Positions 25,991 through 36,219 of a DNA stretch of 52,239 nt are shown in pieces. The position numbers and the translations under genes are program-made. The notes under the pieces are model-generated. The model saw only the letters and a program-made list of their open reading frames with translations. It was not told the origin of the DNA and ran no database searches. Position 1 is the stretch's first letter. Each line of letters opens with the position of its first letter. Origin of the DNA: a virus (lineage: Duplodnaviria > Heunggongvirae > Uroviricota > Caudoviricetes); IMG/VR virus record IMGVR_UViG_3300006033_000017. One strand, 5' to 3'.

Positions 25991-26494
25991 CTACGTCCCC
26001 TGTACACGAACGAATTGATCAGACGCGATCCCGATAGTTAGGATAACAACTTGTTCAAATTCACTTGGTGGAACATCATCCAGTGTCTGAGTTTCCTCAT
26101 CCATATAAGCTGCAAAGTAATCCTGGCGTACAATCTCTTCGCTTGCCGCTACGCTGTCAGTACCATTGGGATTACCATAGGCATATACGAGTTCTTGCGG
26201 CGAAGAAACTTGTAACCATTCAACACCATTCATTCGATATGCGATACCAAGAACCATATCGTCAGGTACGTTTTCCAGAGCCTTCTTCAAATCGCCAACC
26301 GTTTGAAGTCCTGTTTCCGTATTACATACATCTTCCAAACAGGCGGAACAGCGAATCTCAATACCTGAAGGAGTCTCAATAGCTTTGGCGCAATTTTCAT
26401 GAAGATCTGCTGTGCAATCGGGTCCTTCACAGGTTAGCCGGCATTTATCATCAATTTCTTTGCCGCAATCGGCACAAGTGCGAAACTTGCTCAT
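25991..26494 (-). CDS. hypothetical protein with N-terminal Cys/His zinc-binding motif
   Basis: start MSKF; CADC...CEGPDC...HENC...CSAC. Confidence 0.65.
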   Translation of the reverse strand: MSKFRTCADCGKEIDDKCRLTCEGPDCTADLHENCAKAIETPSGIEIRCSACLEDVCNTETGLQTVGDLKKALENVPDDMVLGIAYRMNGVEWLQVSSPQELVYAYGNPNGTDSVAASEEIVRQDYFAAYMDEETQTLDDVPPSEFEQVVILTIGIASDQFVRVQGT

Positions 26495-26496
26495 TG

Positions 26497-26697
26497 TTAT
26501 AGCTCCACAAGGAGGCGCGTAGGCGCTCCTCCTACCATCATTGTACCATAGAGGGTCGTAGAAGTCAAGCCTATAATAATGCCGATAATTAATGCAATTA
26601 GCAGACAAAGAAAGGCAAGACCGAGAGTGAAGTCATCATCGAATGATAAATACAACACAATCGCCGATATTACACAAGTAGCTATAATGATATTCAT
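26497..26697 (-). CDS. small membrane protein
   Basis: two TMs in 66 aa. Confidence 0.6.
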   Translation of the reverse strand: MNIIIATCVISAIVLYLSFDDDFTLGLAFLCLLIALIIGIIIGLTSTTLYGTMMVGGAPTRLLVEL

Positions 26698-26703
26698 CTT
26701 GAG

Positions 26704-27591
26704 TTACTCGAATCTAGTGTGACAGTTTAGGCAATACTTACCCATAGGTCCTTCGGAACCACATGTTGAGCAGAAACCTATTTGGTTAAAGAGAGCCTGA
26801 TACTCTTCTCTTTCTTTTAGGTGCTGCCAATAAGATGGAAGATCAGGGAACCTCTCCCTAATGTTAAAACGATCCTCATCAGTCAATACCTGTGGAATAT
26901 CCTTCTTTGACTTTCTGTATAGTACAGCGAAAACTTGATCATTGATGCAAATCTCATGAATGCTTCGCATACTTGACAGGGCTTCAATTAGGAAGGAGTC
27001 ACCATCCCTAATCTGCCTAATAGCTTCATCATAGTTGTTGAGCACTATGGCTTTATCAGGATGTTGTTGATCGAACAACTGACCCGTTTCTAGACGCTTT
27101 TGTGCTTCGGTAATGGTCGAGTATCCGAGAGATTGTTTTCTATATTGTGATGCGAGCTTTTTGATATCCTTGTGAGACTTGTGTTCGCGACTCATCTGCT
27201 CTAGTCGAGCCTTGGCCTTTTTCTGCTGAGCCTCAATTTCTAGCTGGACAGAAGGCGGCTCGGCTTTAGCTGCCATGGCGGCGTCATAAAGTTCCTGAAG
27301 ACGTTCCATGGCTTCAGGTGGTAGAATGGTAGCAATGGTCTTGAGCCCCGGCGACCAGTACACAGGAAGCTCTTTATCTTCGAGCGTGACGACGTGAATC
27401 TCTGTACCTTTGGATCGTTTACCTAGATATAGAGATTGCTTCCTGATGATTTGATTTGTGATTGCTACTAGTTTGTCGTGTGTTAGGTCAATGCCGTATC
27501 GTTGTTTGGCGCGGCGAACCGCGTGCAGGATTAATTGGATATCACGGTCGAGTTTTGGTTTAGGTGTCCAAGTGGGAAATTGCGTAGACAT
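26704..27591 (-). CDS. hypothetical protein with internally duplicated domain and C-terminal zinc ribbon
   Basis: HAVRRAKQRYG...IHVV..EDKELPVYW versus IRQIRDGDS...IHEI..NDQVFAVLY; CSTC...CLNC. Confidence 0.7.
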   Translation of the reverse strand: MSTQFPTWTPKPKLDRDIQLILHAVRRAKQRYGIDLTHDKLVAITNQIIRKQSLYLGKRSKGTEIHVVTLEDKELPVYWSPGLKTIATILPPEAMERLQELYDAAMAAKAEPPSVQLEIEAQQKKAKARLEQMSREHKSHKDIKKLASQYRKQSLGYSTITEAQKRLETGQLFDQQHPDKAIVLNNYDEAIRQIRDGDSFLIEALSSMRSIHEICINDQVFAVLYRKSKKDIPQVLTDEDRFNIRERFPDLPSYWQHLKEREEYQALFNQIGFCSTCGSEGPMGKYCLNCHTRFE

Positions 27592-27619
27592 GACTTGTCC
27601 GTTCTTGTATGAGACATGA

Positions 27620-30600
27620 TTAGGCGATTACAACATTGGATACTTGATCATTTTGATTCCCCATCCTTGCTTGTATTTTCTCTTGTTCAGTCGTTGGTTT
27701 AGAACTAGAACGCAACACATTGTATGTAGCCGATGCAATCCCTGCACCAATGATTGGTAGCACATTAGGTGTATGTGACTTTGGTGACACTTCCCTAATG
27801 ATAGCATCCACGATAGGCTTATTCTCTATCAGGCCCGGCAGCGCCATCAATAGCTCTTTGCGCTTGTCGTCATTGGGTAATCTGGCAGCATGTTGTGCGA
27901 TTAGAGTTGCCCAACCAATAGGGGTCGGCACGCTTTCATCAACTACTGATTTGTAGACTTCTATGAGTTCTTTGCCGAAATGCCCAGCAGTTTCACTGAA
28001 TGTACAGATTCTATCCCAAACGAGTTGGATTTCCATTTCCTCTATGATTTGGCGTGTGATAAAGGTGTCGGAGTTAGCGGGGTCTAGATAGTATGGCATC
28101 AAAGCTAAGAGGGACTCATTAGGTTGCCAAGGGTGTAACCAATCCTGCCAAGGGCTAACACTGTCAAGCCATATACTTGAGCTTGTATAGACTACGTGTG
28201 GGGGGAATCCCTCTATCTTGCAGCCGGGGATGTAATTGACCCAGTTGCCTTCTTTTGATAATAACTTCTGGGTTTGTGGGTCGTAGATTAACTTAACATC
28301 TTTGCCCAAAGTTGGTGCGGGGACCATTCTTAAACGTATTTGCGGCCTTTCCTTGGGAGGAACCAATAGTGTCCTTAGTGTAGCAGGATGAACTCCACAA
28401 CTATCGAAGACTGCCGCTAACTTATGGGTCGGCAAGGCTAAAGCAAAGAACCTAACACTCTCCTTAGTCGTGCCTATGAATCTCCCATAGTATTTGCTTA
28501 GTGCTTTTTCTAGTTTCTTGCTATCTTCTTCGTTTAGTGCATCTATGGTTTCAATGAGACGGGAACGAGCATACGCCTTGCTATCGTCCATTTCTCCTTC
28601 AAGTCCGCATTGATAGATATGGGTTGCTCTATCAGCTAGGGCTTGCCTCAAGAGTACTTGACGATTCCAATAATCCCCCAATGACTTAAGATGTTGGGTT
28701 TTTCGCGCCTCAGCGAAAGCACCATAAAACCAACCATCACAATTAATGGTTTCTTCATCATCTATCGCTTGCAAGAGTTCGTTTTTGGTGCGCTGATGGA
28801 TATCTAAGTCGCTACAAAGCGTGGATATTACATCATCATCAAGACCCTCGACGATTTTCTTTGCTGTCTGTTTTCGTCGGGCGATGCGAGCTTCTGAACC
28901 CGCTGTACTTTCCATGAAGTGGATAGCGTCCATTGAGTCAATAATCTCTTGCTTATCAAAGCAAGGAATCATTAGCCTAAGATTAGCTAGTCTTTCGTTA
29001 TGGGAGATAGGAGGAATTATAGACAGTTCTTTTTCACTAGAGATAAACCTATCATTATGACCCAAATTCTGGCTTAATGACGCATAGAACATGCTTACAT
29101 AGTATTCACTCTTTAGTAACTCATGGAATCTGTTATCTAATTCTGGGGAACCAAGATTAGGATGATTAATGGTTTTCAGCGGAGAGACCATTATATTAGA
29201 TAATTGTTGCCTTATAGACAGATAGTCATTTGTATATTGACTAACAACCTCGCAAAGCTTTTCTAGAGTCTCGGGTCCATGAAGTTCAGCCAATTTGACT
29301 AGGAAGGGTACGGGCTTCCATGGCTCAGCAGCATCGCACCAGACATTCTGGCCCGTACCATGCAAGTATAGACTTTCAATGGGATCCTTAGACCTTATTG
29401 CTCCAGGTATATTCACCCATTTTCCACTACGCTCATCCAAGTATTTATCGAAAAGAGAATCGTATATTACAGGTTGTCTATCAGGGAAATTGATAAGCTT
29501 AACAAGTTGGAGCGTATGAATACGTAAGTAATCCCTAGTAAAGATTGTAGGAATAGGCTTTTGGTTTTCCAGTAGATCTAACACGCGCTTTTCTGCTAAA
29601 GGCTCAAAGGTAGAGGAGATTGTGGGACCTATTTCTGAATCAATACGTTCCAATTGTTCTGGGGTAAGTTGTTGCCAGCGACGGGAGTTTTGAAGCCTAA
29701 GTTTTAAGAGGGCTTCTTCTTCTTCAAAACAACTATGTGTGTTTCGAATCTTCTCTAATGTTGGTATTATTTCGAAGCGATGATTTGATACAGCAAGGAG
29801 ATTGTTCCGCCGCGAGTCTTCTTCAGACATGAAGTTACCATAGAAGGTATAGAAGTCGTCATGAATACTAAGAGCTATATCTTGCGCACTTTCCCCTGTC
29901 GCCTTTTCCCAACTATCAAGCGCAACTTGAAGAATCGCATATTTCCTATGCAAACACATAGTTGGATCTACTGGCTTATCTATTTCCTTAGAGTTAAAGT
30001 TTGCGTAATGATCTAATCCCGTAGACAATATGATGCCTCCTTGATTTTCCATAACTTCTTCGTCCTCAAGGATCTCTGCCGTTACTTCCTTTTGTGCCGC
30101 GAGCCTCGCGGCACGGATGTTCTCAAAGTGACGTTTATTGACAGCTTCCTGAACTAACTGCCACTTCTCGGGGTCACTATTGCAAATGTTCTTCTCTACA
30201 GAATGAGCAAAGAGAGTCGGACGCCAAGGACAATCATGACGAGCCCACAGTATCGGAGCAATTGTGTCACTTACAAAGACCACAACTGGAGACTGCCCTT
30301 TTATGTCAGAGGGCATAGGTTTCCAGGTTAAATCCTCAATATCTAGATATTGGTTATTTACAGGATCGCAAAGCAATTGCCCATCTGATGGTGTTTGCCG
30401 TATAGTGAACGTAAAGGCCGCGCCAGTTTGTCGTTCGGTATTAAAGAGACTTGTTGTCTCACGACTTTCTTCTACCAATACCGCTGCTTCATCTGTATCC
30501 AACCCCTTGACGAAGAACTTAATCGACTCTTCATCATTGGGGATAGTGCGCCCGAAATACCCACACAGATGTTTATGGAGCTTTTGTAACTCGTCAGAGG

Positions 30601-31642
30601 TGAAGTCGTCGATATAGGCTCGTAGCATCCTCTTGGTCTGATCGTAGTAGTCTTGTATTTCTCTTTGTTCGGGATAGGTCTTAAAATCAAACAGCCCCTC
30701 AAAGGGGATGATATCAGAGATGACCATCCTTCTTCTGAGAAGAGCCCCTCTTATTGAATTAAGGTCTTTGTAAGACGACAGGTTGCGAAGATATTCTTCC
30801 CGGCGAGCCTTAAGTAACTGGAACCTTGGATTCAAAGGGCTTTGATCACCACCATAAAGTAGATGCAGGTTGTCGTCATCTTGGCACCAAACTTTGAATT
30901 GTTCCTTAGGAAATTGCCACTGTCCCTCAGTCATATAGGGGGCATAGAAGTTACTCAACATGTCCTTATACAGATCGTCGGGGATACTATCGACAAGATC
31001 GAGTAAATAGGGGCGTTCGCTCACAAGTATGGGTTTTATTGCTTCGTTGCGCGCAGGATAATCGATAACATCATCCGGCTTAGCATAAAACTCTTTATAG
31101 GAAACTTCAGTGAGTTCTATTAAGTTGTTAATCTCATTAGGGTCAAGCAAAGGGATGCATCTATTGAGCATCTCTTCTTGGTCCCGAGTTTCGGCGTACA
31201 TATAGAGGCCGCAATCACCAAAGAAGAGGCCAAGATGTTCAGCGAACCAATCCTTTTGTCGAACAGAATAGGTATCTATGCGATTGCGTATGGTTGTATA
31301 GTAGTGATGTGCAGAAAGATGTCTTCTTTCTTTCAATGATTGCTTATGCCGGTTAAGGTTAATGTCTGTGTTCCATGGTGGCTGGGTTATTTGCCAAGCA
31401 AAGAACTTATCAGCAATTTCATCAGTTATGATAATCGAATGTTGCTTGCCCTGTCGTCCCAGAAACCAAGCCAACCCTTTCCTTGCGCTTTGCTTCCGTT
31501 CTTCAGGTAGACTAAAGGAATCAATTGCCAACCTAATCTCTTCTTCCATTTCCCGCACAGGACAGGCGCTGATAGCTCCTTTATCCCAAGGAGTTAGGAA
31601 GGGCGTTTTGAATAATATGCTGGCAATTTCCTTTGGATTCAT
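27620..31642 (-). CDS. 1340-aa modular repeat protein (paralog of 48467-51031)
   Basis: three W-x-D-x3-PW-x-P-type modules, two helical modules, hydrophobic IIGAGIASA tail. Confidence 0.85.
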   Translation of the reverse strand: MNPKEIASILFKTPFLTPWDKGAISACPVREMEEEIRLAIDSFSLPEERKQSARKGLAWFLGRQGKQHSIIITDEIADKFFAWQITQPPWNTDINLNRHKQSLKERRHLSAHHYYTTIRNRIDTYSVRQKDWFAEHLGLFFGDCGLYMYAETRDQEEMLNRCIPLLDPNEINNLIELTEVSYKEFYAKPDDVIDYPARNEAIKPILVSERPYLLDLVDSIPDDLYKDMLSNFYAPYMTEGQWQFPKEQFKVWCQDDDNLHLLYGGDQSPLNPRFQLLKARREEYLRNLSSYKDLNSIRGALLRRRMVISDIIPFEGLFDFKTYPEQREIQDYYDQTKRMLRAYIDDFTSDELQKLHKHLCGYFGRTIPNDEESIKFFVKGLDTDEAAVLVEESRETTSLFNTERQTGAAFTFTIRQTPSDGQLLCDPVNNQYLDIEDLTWKPMPSDIKGQSPVVVFVSDTIAPILWARHDCPWRPTLFAHSVEKNICNSDPEKWQLVQEAVNKRHFENIRAARLAAQKEVTAEILEDEEVMENQGGIILSTGLDHYANFNSKEIDKPVDPTMCLHRKYAILQVALDSWEKATGESAQDIALSIHDDFYTFYGNFMSEEDSRRNNLLAVSNHRFEIIPTLEKIRNTHSCFEEEEALLKLRLQNSRRWQQLTPEQLERIDSEIGPTISSTFEPLAEKRVLDLLENQKPIPTIFTRDYLRIHTLQLVKLINFPDRQPVIYDSLFDKYLDERSGKWVNIPGAIRSKDPIESLYLHGTGQNVWCDAAEPWKPVPFLVKLAELHGPETLEKLCEVVSQYTNDYLSIRQQLSNIMVSPLKTINHPNLGSPELDNRFHELLKSEYYVSMFYASLSQNLGHNDRFISSEKELSIIPPISHNERLANLRLMIPCFDKQEIIDSMDAIHFMESTAGSEARIARRKQTAKKIVEGLDDDVISTLCSDLDIHQRTKNELLQAIDDEETINCDGWFYGAFAEARKTQHLKSLGDYWNRQVLLRQALADRATHIYQCGLEGEMDDSKAYARSRLIETIDALNEEDSKKLEKALSKYYGRFIGTTKESVRFFALALPTHKLAAVFDSCGVHPATLRTLLVPPKERPQIRLRMVPAPTLGKDVKLIYDPQTQKLLSKEGNWVNYIPGCKIEGFPPHVVYTSSSIWLDSVSPWQDWLHPWQPNESLLALMPYYLDPANSDTFITRQIIEEMEIQLVWDRICTFSETAGHFGKELIEVYKSVVDESVPTPIGWATLIAQHAARLPNDDKRKELLMALPGLIENKPIVDAIIREVSPKSHTPNVLPIIGAGIASATYNVLRSSSKPTTEQEKIQARMGNQNDQVSNVVIA

Positions 31643-31657
31643 TACTCCACCATCTAC

Positions 31658-32494
31658 CTAACCAATCTGACCAAGAACCTTTTTGCACTCATCAACATAA
31701 CCAACTTCCATATCAATGATATTGTAGTCAGACCTACTAAGTAGGATTGGGAACACAGAGTGTGTAGAGACAATGATTTGGTACTGTTTCGCAACGGCAG
31801 GCAAGAGATCGTTCCAGAACTGGAACTGATTAGGGAGAGAGAATCCCTTATCGGGTTCATCCATAAGTACTGTAACGACCCCTGTATGTTCCAGGGAGTC
31901 AATCAGTTCATTAGTTTTGTCGTAAGTTGCCTGCCATGTGCTATTATAGTGTGAAGGGCACACTATTTCCAATGGCTTCCTTAAAGTTGTGCTAAACAGT
32001 TGGTTCAACCTCGCAAGTTGTCTTTGTCCATGAGAAAACTGTAGATCCGACATTTGGAAGTTAAAGTCGGTCAACCCATCGGCTGAATCGTTGGGATCAT
32101 ATACAAAAACACTATTGTCGGAAGGGGCAGTGGCATTATAGAAGAACGATGAAGTTCCACACCAATCAACTGTTCCCTTTTGTTCCGATTTATAGGTTAG
32201 CCCTTGTTGAATCTCTTTTAACGTGAGCGTGGATATGTCACGGCGCGGGCCTTTACTGAATATATTCCAAGGACACATCTGCGTAGGATCAGGAGATCGG
32301 GTCCATCCTGCCTCTCTATCAGGGATGAAACAATGAGCCCCGAGAAACTTCAGTAAGGTAGACTTACCGCAGCCATTGGGGCCGAACAAGACATTAATCT
32401 TAGAGGGTTCAAAATTGAACGTTCTCCCCTGCAAGCAGGGGAGTTTGTTCGCAAAGCCACCAGTCTTATTGAGTTTTGCTGAAGTAATCATCAC
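31658..32494 (-). CDS. stand-alone ABC-family ATPase (AAA_21-like)
   Basis: Walker A GPNGCGKS, signature FSHGQ, Walker B VLMDEP, switch STHS. Confidence 0.9.
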   Translation of the reverse strand: MMITSAKLNKTGGFANKLPCLQGRTFNFEPSKINVLFGPNGCGKSTLLKFLGAHCFIPDREAGWTRSPDPTQMCPWNIFSKGPRRDISTLTLKEIQQGLTYKSEQKGTVDWCGTSSFFYNATAPSDNSVFVYDPNDSADGLTDFNFQMSDLQFSHGQRQLARLNQLFSTTLRKPLEIVCPSHYNSTWQATYDKTNELIDSLEHTGVVTVLMDEPDKGFSLPNQFQFWNDLLPAVAKQYQIIVSTHSVFPILLSRSDYNIIDMEVGYVDECKKVLGQIG

Positions 32495-32994
32495 GTAACT
32501 TCTTTGTAGGTAATAATGGACAGATCGGGGACAAACACCCTACGCTCATCGAGATCGAATACAGTAATTCCCGTATCAGCGCCAAGCCTGTTGGCTACGA
32601 TACTATCCACGCCCGGTTGCGTGGAACTAAAGAACAGCATCACATTCGTACCCGATACGACTTTGATGCAATACCTAAGGATCTGTTCGTCCAGTACGCC
32701 AATACTACCCAGGAAAGAGGTGAGCAGATAATGAGCTACTCGGGAAGGGTTGATCCTTGGGGGAGTCCCATCATCATACATCTCATTGATTGCTACAGGG
32801 GTCCATTCTTTCTGTTTGTCATAGTCGCTAAGCAGCACACCAAGAAGATCCATTAGAGTACAGATACGTCGCGCCTCAACCTCATTAAGCTCACGGAGAG
32901 TAACTTCATGGAGGCGCGCTGCGTCTAGAGTCGGGAACTCTTCATTGTCGCTACAGCGCCAAAATGGTACAACTTTGCTGTGTTCGGTGATCAT
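32491..32994 (-). CDS. hypothetical protein
   Basis: probable start MITEH after AAAGGA. Confidence 0.65.
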   Translation of the reverse strand: MITEHSKVVPFWRCSDNEEFPTLDAARLHEVTLRELNEVEARRICTLMDLLGVLLSDYDKQKEWTPVAINEMYDDGTPPRINPSRVAHYLLTSFLGSIGVLDEQILRYCIKVVSGTNVMLFFSSTQPGVDSIVANRLGADTGITVFDLDERRVFVPDLSIITYKEVT

Positions 32995-33013
32995 TGTAAT
33001 GTTTCCTTTGATA

Positions 33014-33742
33014 CTATTCGTCGAGAACGGACCAGTCCGGCATAGTGAATGGGATGTTCTCAATTTCTGCGGCTCGAACAATCTTCACCAAAGCTTCCTG
33101 AAACGTAGGTCCCTTAACTAGATTGGCAGCGTAGCGATTTCCCCGATATCCCTCGAAACCTGCGAATGTTTCGGCTAGTTTATTGAAGAAGTTCACTATG
33201 CCTTCGAAGTCATAGCAACAGCCAAACATCCTACCCGTTAGGTCTATGACGAAATCACTATTAAGGTAGTTGATGACTCGTTTTAGCGCCTTTTGTTCAT
33301 CAGGGCTAAAGAGAACTGCTTCGAACACCTCAACACTTGCGGCATAAGCCAGGGGGAATAGCTTCTCCCCATTGCGATCCCGTCGGACCAGATGAAGAAC
33401 TCGTTCTTTGGCTCGCAGCCGACCAATTGGCGAGCATGAAATACGGAGGGCACCAAGACCGAAGTTGGGATCTTCCCAATTAGTCCTAATCCACTGATTC
33501 AGAGCTTCATCGATAAAAGCATGAGCCTCAGGAGAGGTATTGGATAGATGGACCAGCAGATTCAGTTGTGGTTCATCATGGAAGAGATTGTGCAGAGCCT
33601 CTTCCTTAAGATAGGCCCAGATAAGATGGCTAAGTGCCTTCTGGGGTTCATTGACTAACCACTGCACAAATTCGTACTGTGCCCATGGTCCGAGTTCACG
33701 ATCATTACCAAATAGCTCTTCAGCAGATAGAGTATGCATCAA
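33014..33742 (-). CDS. hypothetical helical protein
   Basis: 242 aa, first gene after promoter 33781-33809. Confidence 0.75.
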   Translation of the reverse strand: MMHTLSAEELFGNDRELGPWAQYEFVQWLVNEPQKALSHLIWAYLKEEALHNLFHDEPQLNLLVHLSNTSPEAHAFIDEALNQWIRTNWEDPNFGLGALRISCSPIGRLRAKERVLHLVRRDRNGEKLFPLAYAASVEVFEAVLFSPDEQKALKRVINYLNSDFVIDLTGRMFGCCYDFEGIVNFFNKLAETFAGFEGYRGNRYAANLVKGPTFQEALVKIVRAAEIENIPFTMPDWSVLDE

Positions 33743-33780
33743 GGTTCCTCTAGCGGGGCATCCCCCGTTGCTCTACTCTC

Positions 33781-33809
33781 ATTATAGCATACGGGGTCGC
33801 GGATGTCAA
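33781..33809 (-). promoter_or_regulatory. consensus sigma70 promoter, -10 flanked by inverted repeat CCCCGT/ACGGGG (33763-68/33791-96)
   Basis: TTGACA-17-TATAAT, TG extension, then GAGAGT-A. Confidence 0.9.
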
Positions 33810-33815
33810 GTGATA

Positions 33816-34391
33816 TTAAATCGTATAGTCATCAGCTAGTACCGATGCATATAAATCCAATGTTCCATCATTCATGACGCTAATATCTTTATCCACCCAT
33901 CTCTTCAATTCGGCATGGATGAGAGTTTTATGCCGCACATTCGTCATCCAGTCAGCGAATTCATCAGTGACTGGTAGGAGCTTGTCAGGAAATGGACAGA
34001 AGCCACCACCATCAAAGCCAAAAGACCACCAGATCTGATTGCCCAAACCGGGAATGAATGTAAAGCACGTACCTACTCCAAGAAGAGGAGAGTACGGAAC
34101 ATCTTCTACCATAAGAAATAACCAGAAACCATCACCAAGCTCAGAATTGGGCTCGAAGCGCTCTCGATCTGAATTCCAGTGAGGGCCGGGCAAATCTATT
34201 TCTCGATAGTCTCCCCATTTCTCGCCCGGTAATGGAGGTAGGGGGTTGGGACGATCTGTAAACCACGGTGCAAGTTTATCGGCGTAATTGCTTTCCTCAA
34301 CCCCACAGGTGCGCCAATCGTAAAGCATATTACCGCAGATATCTTCCAGGTCGGCTGGGACTACGTAGTCACCAGTAAATGTTTGTACCAT
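33816..34391 (-). CDS. hypothetical protein
   Basis: probable start MVQT after GAGGAG. Confidence 0.7.
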   Translation of the reverse strand: MVQTFTGDYVVPADLEDICGNMLYDWRTCGVEESNYADKLAPWFTDRPNPLPPLPGEKWGDYREIDLPGPHWNSDRERFEPNSELGDGFWLFLMVEDVPYSPLLGVGTCFTFIPGLGNQIWWSFGFDGGGFCPFPDKLLPVTDEFADWMTNVRHKTLIHAELKRWVDKDISVMNDGTLDLYASVLADDYTI

Positions 34392-34401
34392 GAATATCTC
34401 C

Positions 34402-35226
34402 TCAGATGCAGTACTCGGGCTGAATCTTCTTGTCGATACTGTAGGCCCTGATATCAGCATCATAGGCGTGCTTAAGAAGCAACTCATGTGGCGGACGATT
34501 AACTTCTGAGGCCGGTGAGTAGAATCTAACTACCATTTCATAGACGGGCTGATCTTTGATTTCGATCTCCCATACCTGAACAGCCTTCGCGTACTTATCC
34601 CAGTCCATCATCTCATAGAAACACATATCTTTGGGGGCATGGTCAGGACAATAGGCTTCACATTTTGGTCCCGTTACAACAGATCGCTTATGACAAACGC
34701 AGCAGGACCTATCATTGTGAACATTACATGGCGTACCATTGGGGTAGAGATGAGCCCCATTGACAAACTCTTCGAGGACAAATACAGCATCATCGAGGGT
34801 GGTATAGATCTGGGGTGAGATACTTGGCACTATCCCATATTCACCATATCGCCTCAACCGTACTGAGTGACCCCCAATGTTTGCGTCTGCGGTGTAGGTG
34901 TGAGGCCCGCGATATATGATGAAGATAGCATCGCACCTTTGAGGTAGTTGTTTATCCATCTCGATATAGAAGGCTTCAATCTTCTTAGTGACTGGCTTGG
35001 CGATTAGGAGCTTATCAAGCGCTGCTTGAGCAGTCCCGAATGAAATCTTATGACTAACGAGCAGACCTAGCGCGTCAAGGTAGCCTTCCTTCTTCCTATC
35101 AGGATAGGAGGAGACAGTGACGAACCAGCCGCTATTATCTTTCTCGATTTCGTAGTAGATAGAATTATCAGCGCCTTCAACATATGGGATACTGGGGCGA
35201 AGTTTGGTAATCATAGCATTCTCCAA
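34402..35226 (-). CDS. hypothetical protein with CCVC...C.AYCPDH zinc motif
   Basis: 274 aa. Confidence 0.7.
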   Translation of the reverse strand: MENAMITKLRPSIPYVEGADNSIYYEIEKDNSGWFVTVSSYPDRKKEGYLDALGLLVSHKISFGTAQAALDKLLIAKPVTKKIEAFYIEMDKQLPQRCDAIFIIYRGPHTYTADANIGGHSVRLRRYGEYGIVPSISPQIYTTLDDAVFVLEEFVNGAHLYPNGTPCNVHNDRSCCVCHKRSVVTGPKCEAYCPDHAPKDMCFYEMMDWDKYAKAVQVWEIEIKDQPVYEMVVRFYSPASEVNRPPHELLLKHAYDADIRAYSIDKKIQPEYCI

Positions 35227-35507
35227 TTGTTCATTTCTTTTTCAATTGCTTTGTATCTCTCGGGTCTGGCAGGATCCTCGATGTCTAGAAACATATTCTC
35301 GGGAATGAACTGGACGAAGAAGATCTCAGGGGGAGAATCTGCGCTCCGATCATAATCGAAAGGCGGCTCCCCCACAAGTGCAACAGTATCATCTTCGACA
35401 GCAATCACCTTGCCATCATAGGAGGATACCGCACGATAGCGCTTGTCAGCGTCCTGCTCGAAACCATAAATTCTCCGACCAAGTTTGAGGTCTTCACGAG
35501 TAATCAT
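35211..35507 (-). CDS. hypothetical protein
   Basis: 98 aa. Confidence 0.65.
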   Translation of the reverse strand: MITREDLKLGRRIYGFEQDADKRYRAVSSYDGKVIAVEDDTVALVGEPPFDYDRSADSPPEIFFVQFIPENMFLDIEDPARPERYKAIEKEMNNWRML

Positions 35508-35520
35508 GAGTTGTTCCTAG

Positions 35521-36069
35521 TCACCAGCTCAAGTCATCCCATCGTTTCACAGGGTCAACGAGCTTAATCCTATTTGCCTTGTAATAGGGTAAGCGATCTT
35601 GCTCTATATACTTGGGGCTCTGGTAACAAAAAGAGGCTGATAGGTCCACGATTACCGCCACGCCGGGGCCATCTGTTGCTACACCAAGAGCCGTTGCATA
35701 TAGGCAGTAACTGATATTACCACCAACGAGAGTAATTTGCTCAGGCATACTTGACTGTTCACGAAGAAAGGCGAGGACCTTTCCTGATCCATCATCAAAG
35801 TTTTTGGTGTAAGTCTTAGCTTTAGGATACCCCCTTAGTGCCTTTGCTGTAGAAGACACCATAGGTCCGCAATGATTGTATCTTAGGACGCAAATGGGTG
35901 TTTCGGTCGCGACGGCTTCCCGAATTAGGCCATTCAAATGCCTAATGAATCGGTATCGATCCCTCTTCAAGAATGTCGCTTGCTCGGGGTCATTTTGCCT
36001 TCGGTTACTAAAGTCGGGATCAAAAGCTTCTTTAACGAATTCCTCTTGCGCATCAACGATGACTAACAT
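35521..36069 (-). CDS. isochorismatase/cysteine hydrolase family protein (nicotinamidase-like)
   Basis: LVIVDAQEEF (Asp), YTKNFDDGS (Lys), LVGGNISYCLYATA (Cys). Confidence 0.75.
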   Translation of the reverse strand: MLVIVDAQEEFVKEAFDPDFSNRRQNDPEQATFLKRDRYRFIRHLNGLIREAVATETPICVLRYNHCGPMVSSTAKALRGYPKAKTYTKNFDDGSGKVLAFLREQSSMPEQITLVGGNISYCLYATALGVATDGPGVAVIVDLSASFCYQSPKYIEQDRLPYYKANRIKLVDPVKRWDDLSW

Positions 36070-36081
36070 TATTCCAACCCT

Positions 36082-36219
36082 TCATTTTGCACCAAATGCA
36101 TTACTAACAAATAGGAGCAGGAGTGAAATGCCCAATATGCCCGCAATGATCAGCCCTATGACTGCTTTAGCGACGTGGCGCAAGGTTGCCTCGCCAACTC
36201 TACGGACTTTATCCACCAT
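36082..36219 (-). CDS. 45-aa membrane peptide
   Basis: MVDKVRRVGEATLRHVAKAVIGLIIAGILGISLLLLFVSNAFGAK. Confidence 0.5.
   Translation of the reverse strand: MVDKVRRVGEATLRHVAKAVIGLIIAGILGISLLLLFVSNAFGAK

Noticed and set aside
26509-26533. GGAGG/CCTCC hairpin upstream of ORF 25991-26494
   Set aside because: Bulged, inside a coding 3' end, and does not clearly cover the downstream RBS
13781-27520. GCGCGG appears frequent and plus-strand-biased, like a Chi or KOPS site
   Set aside because: Not polarised left of the skew switch and explicable by local G skew; needs a k-mer test
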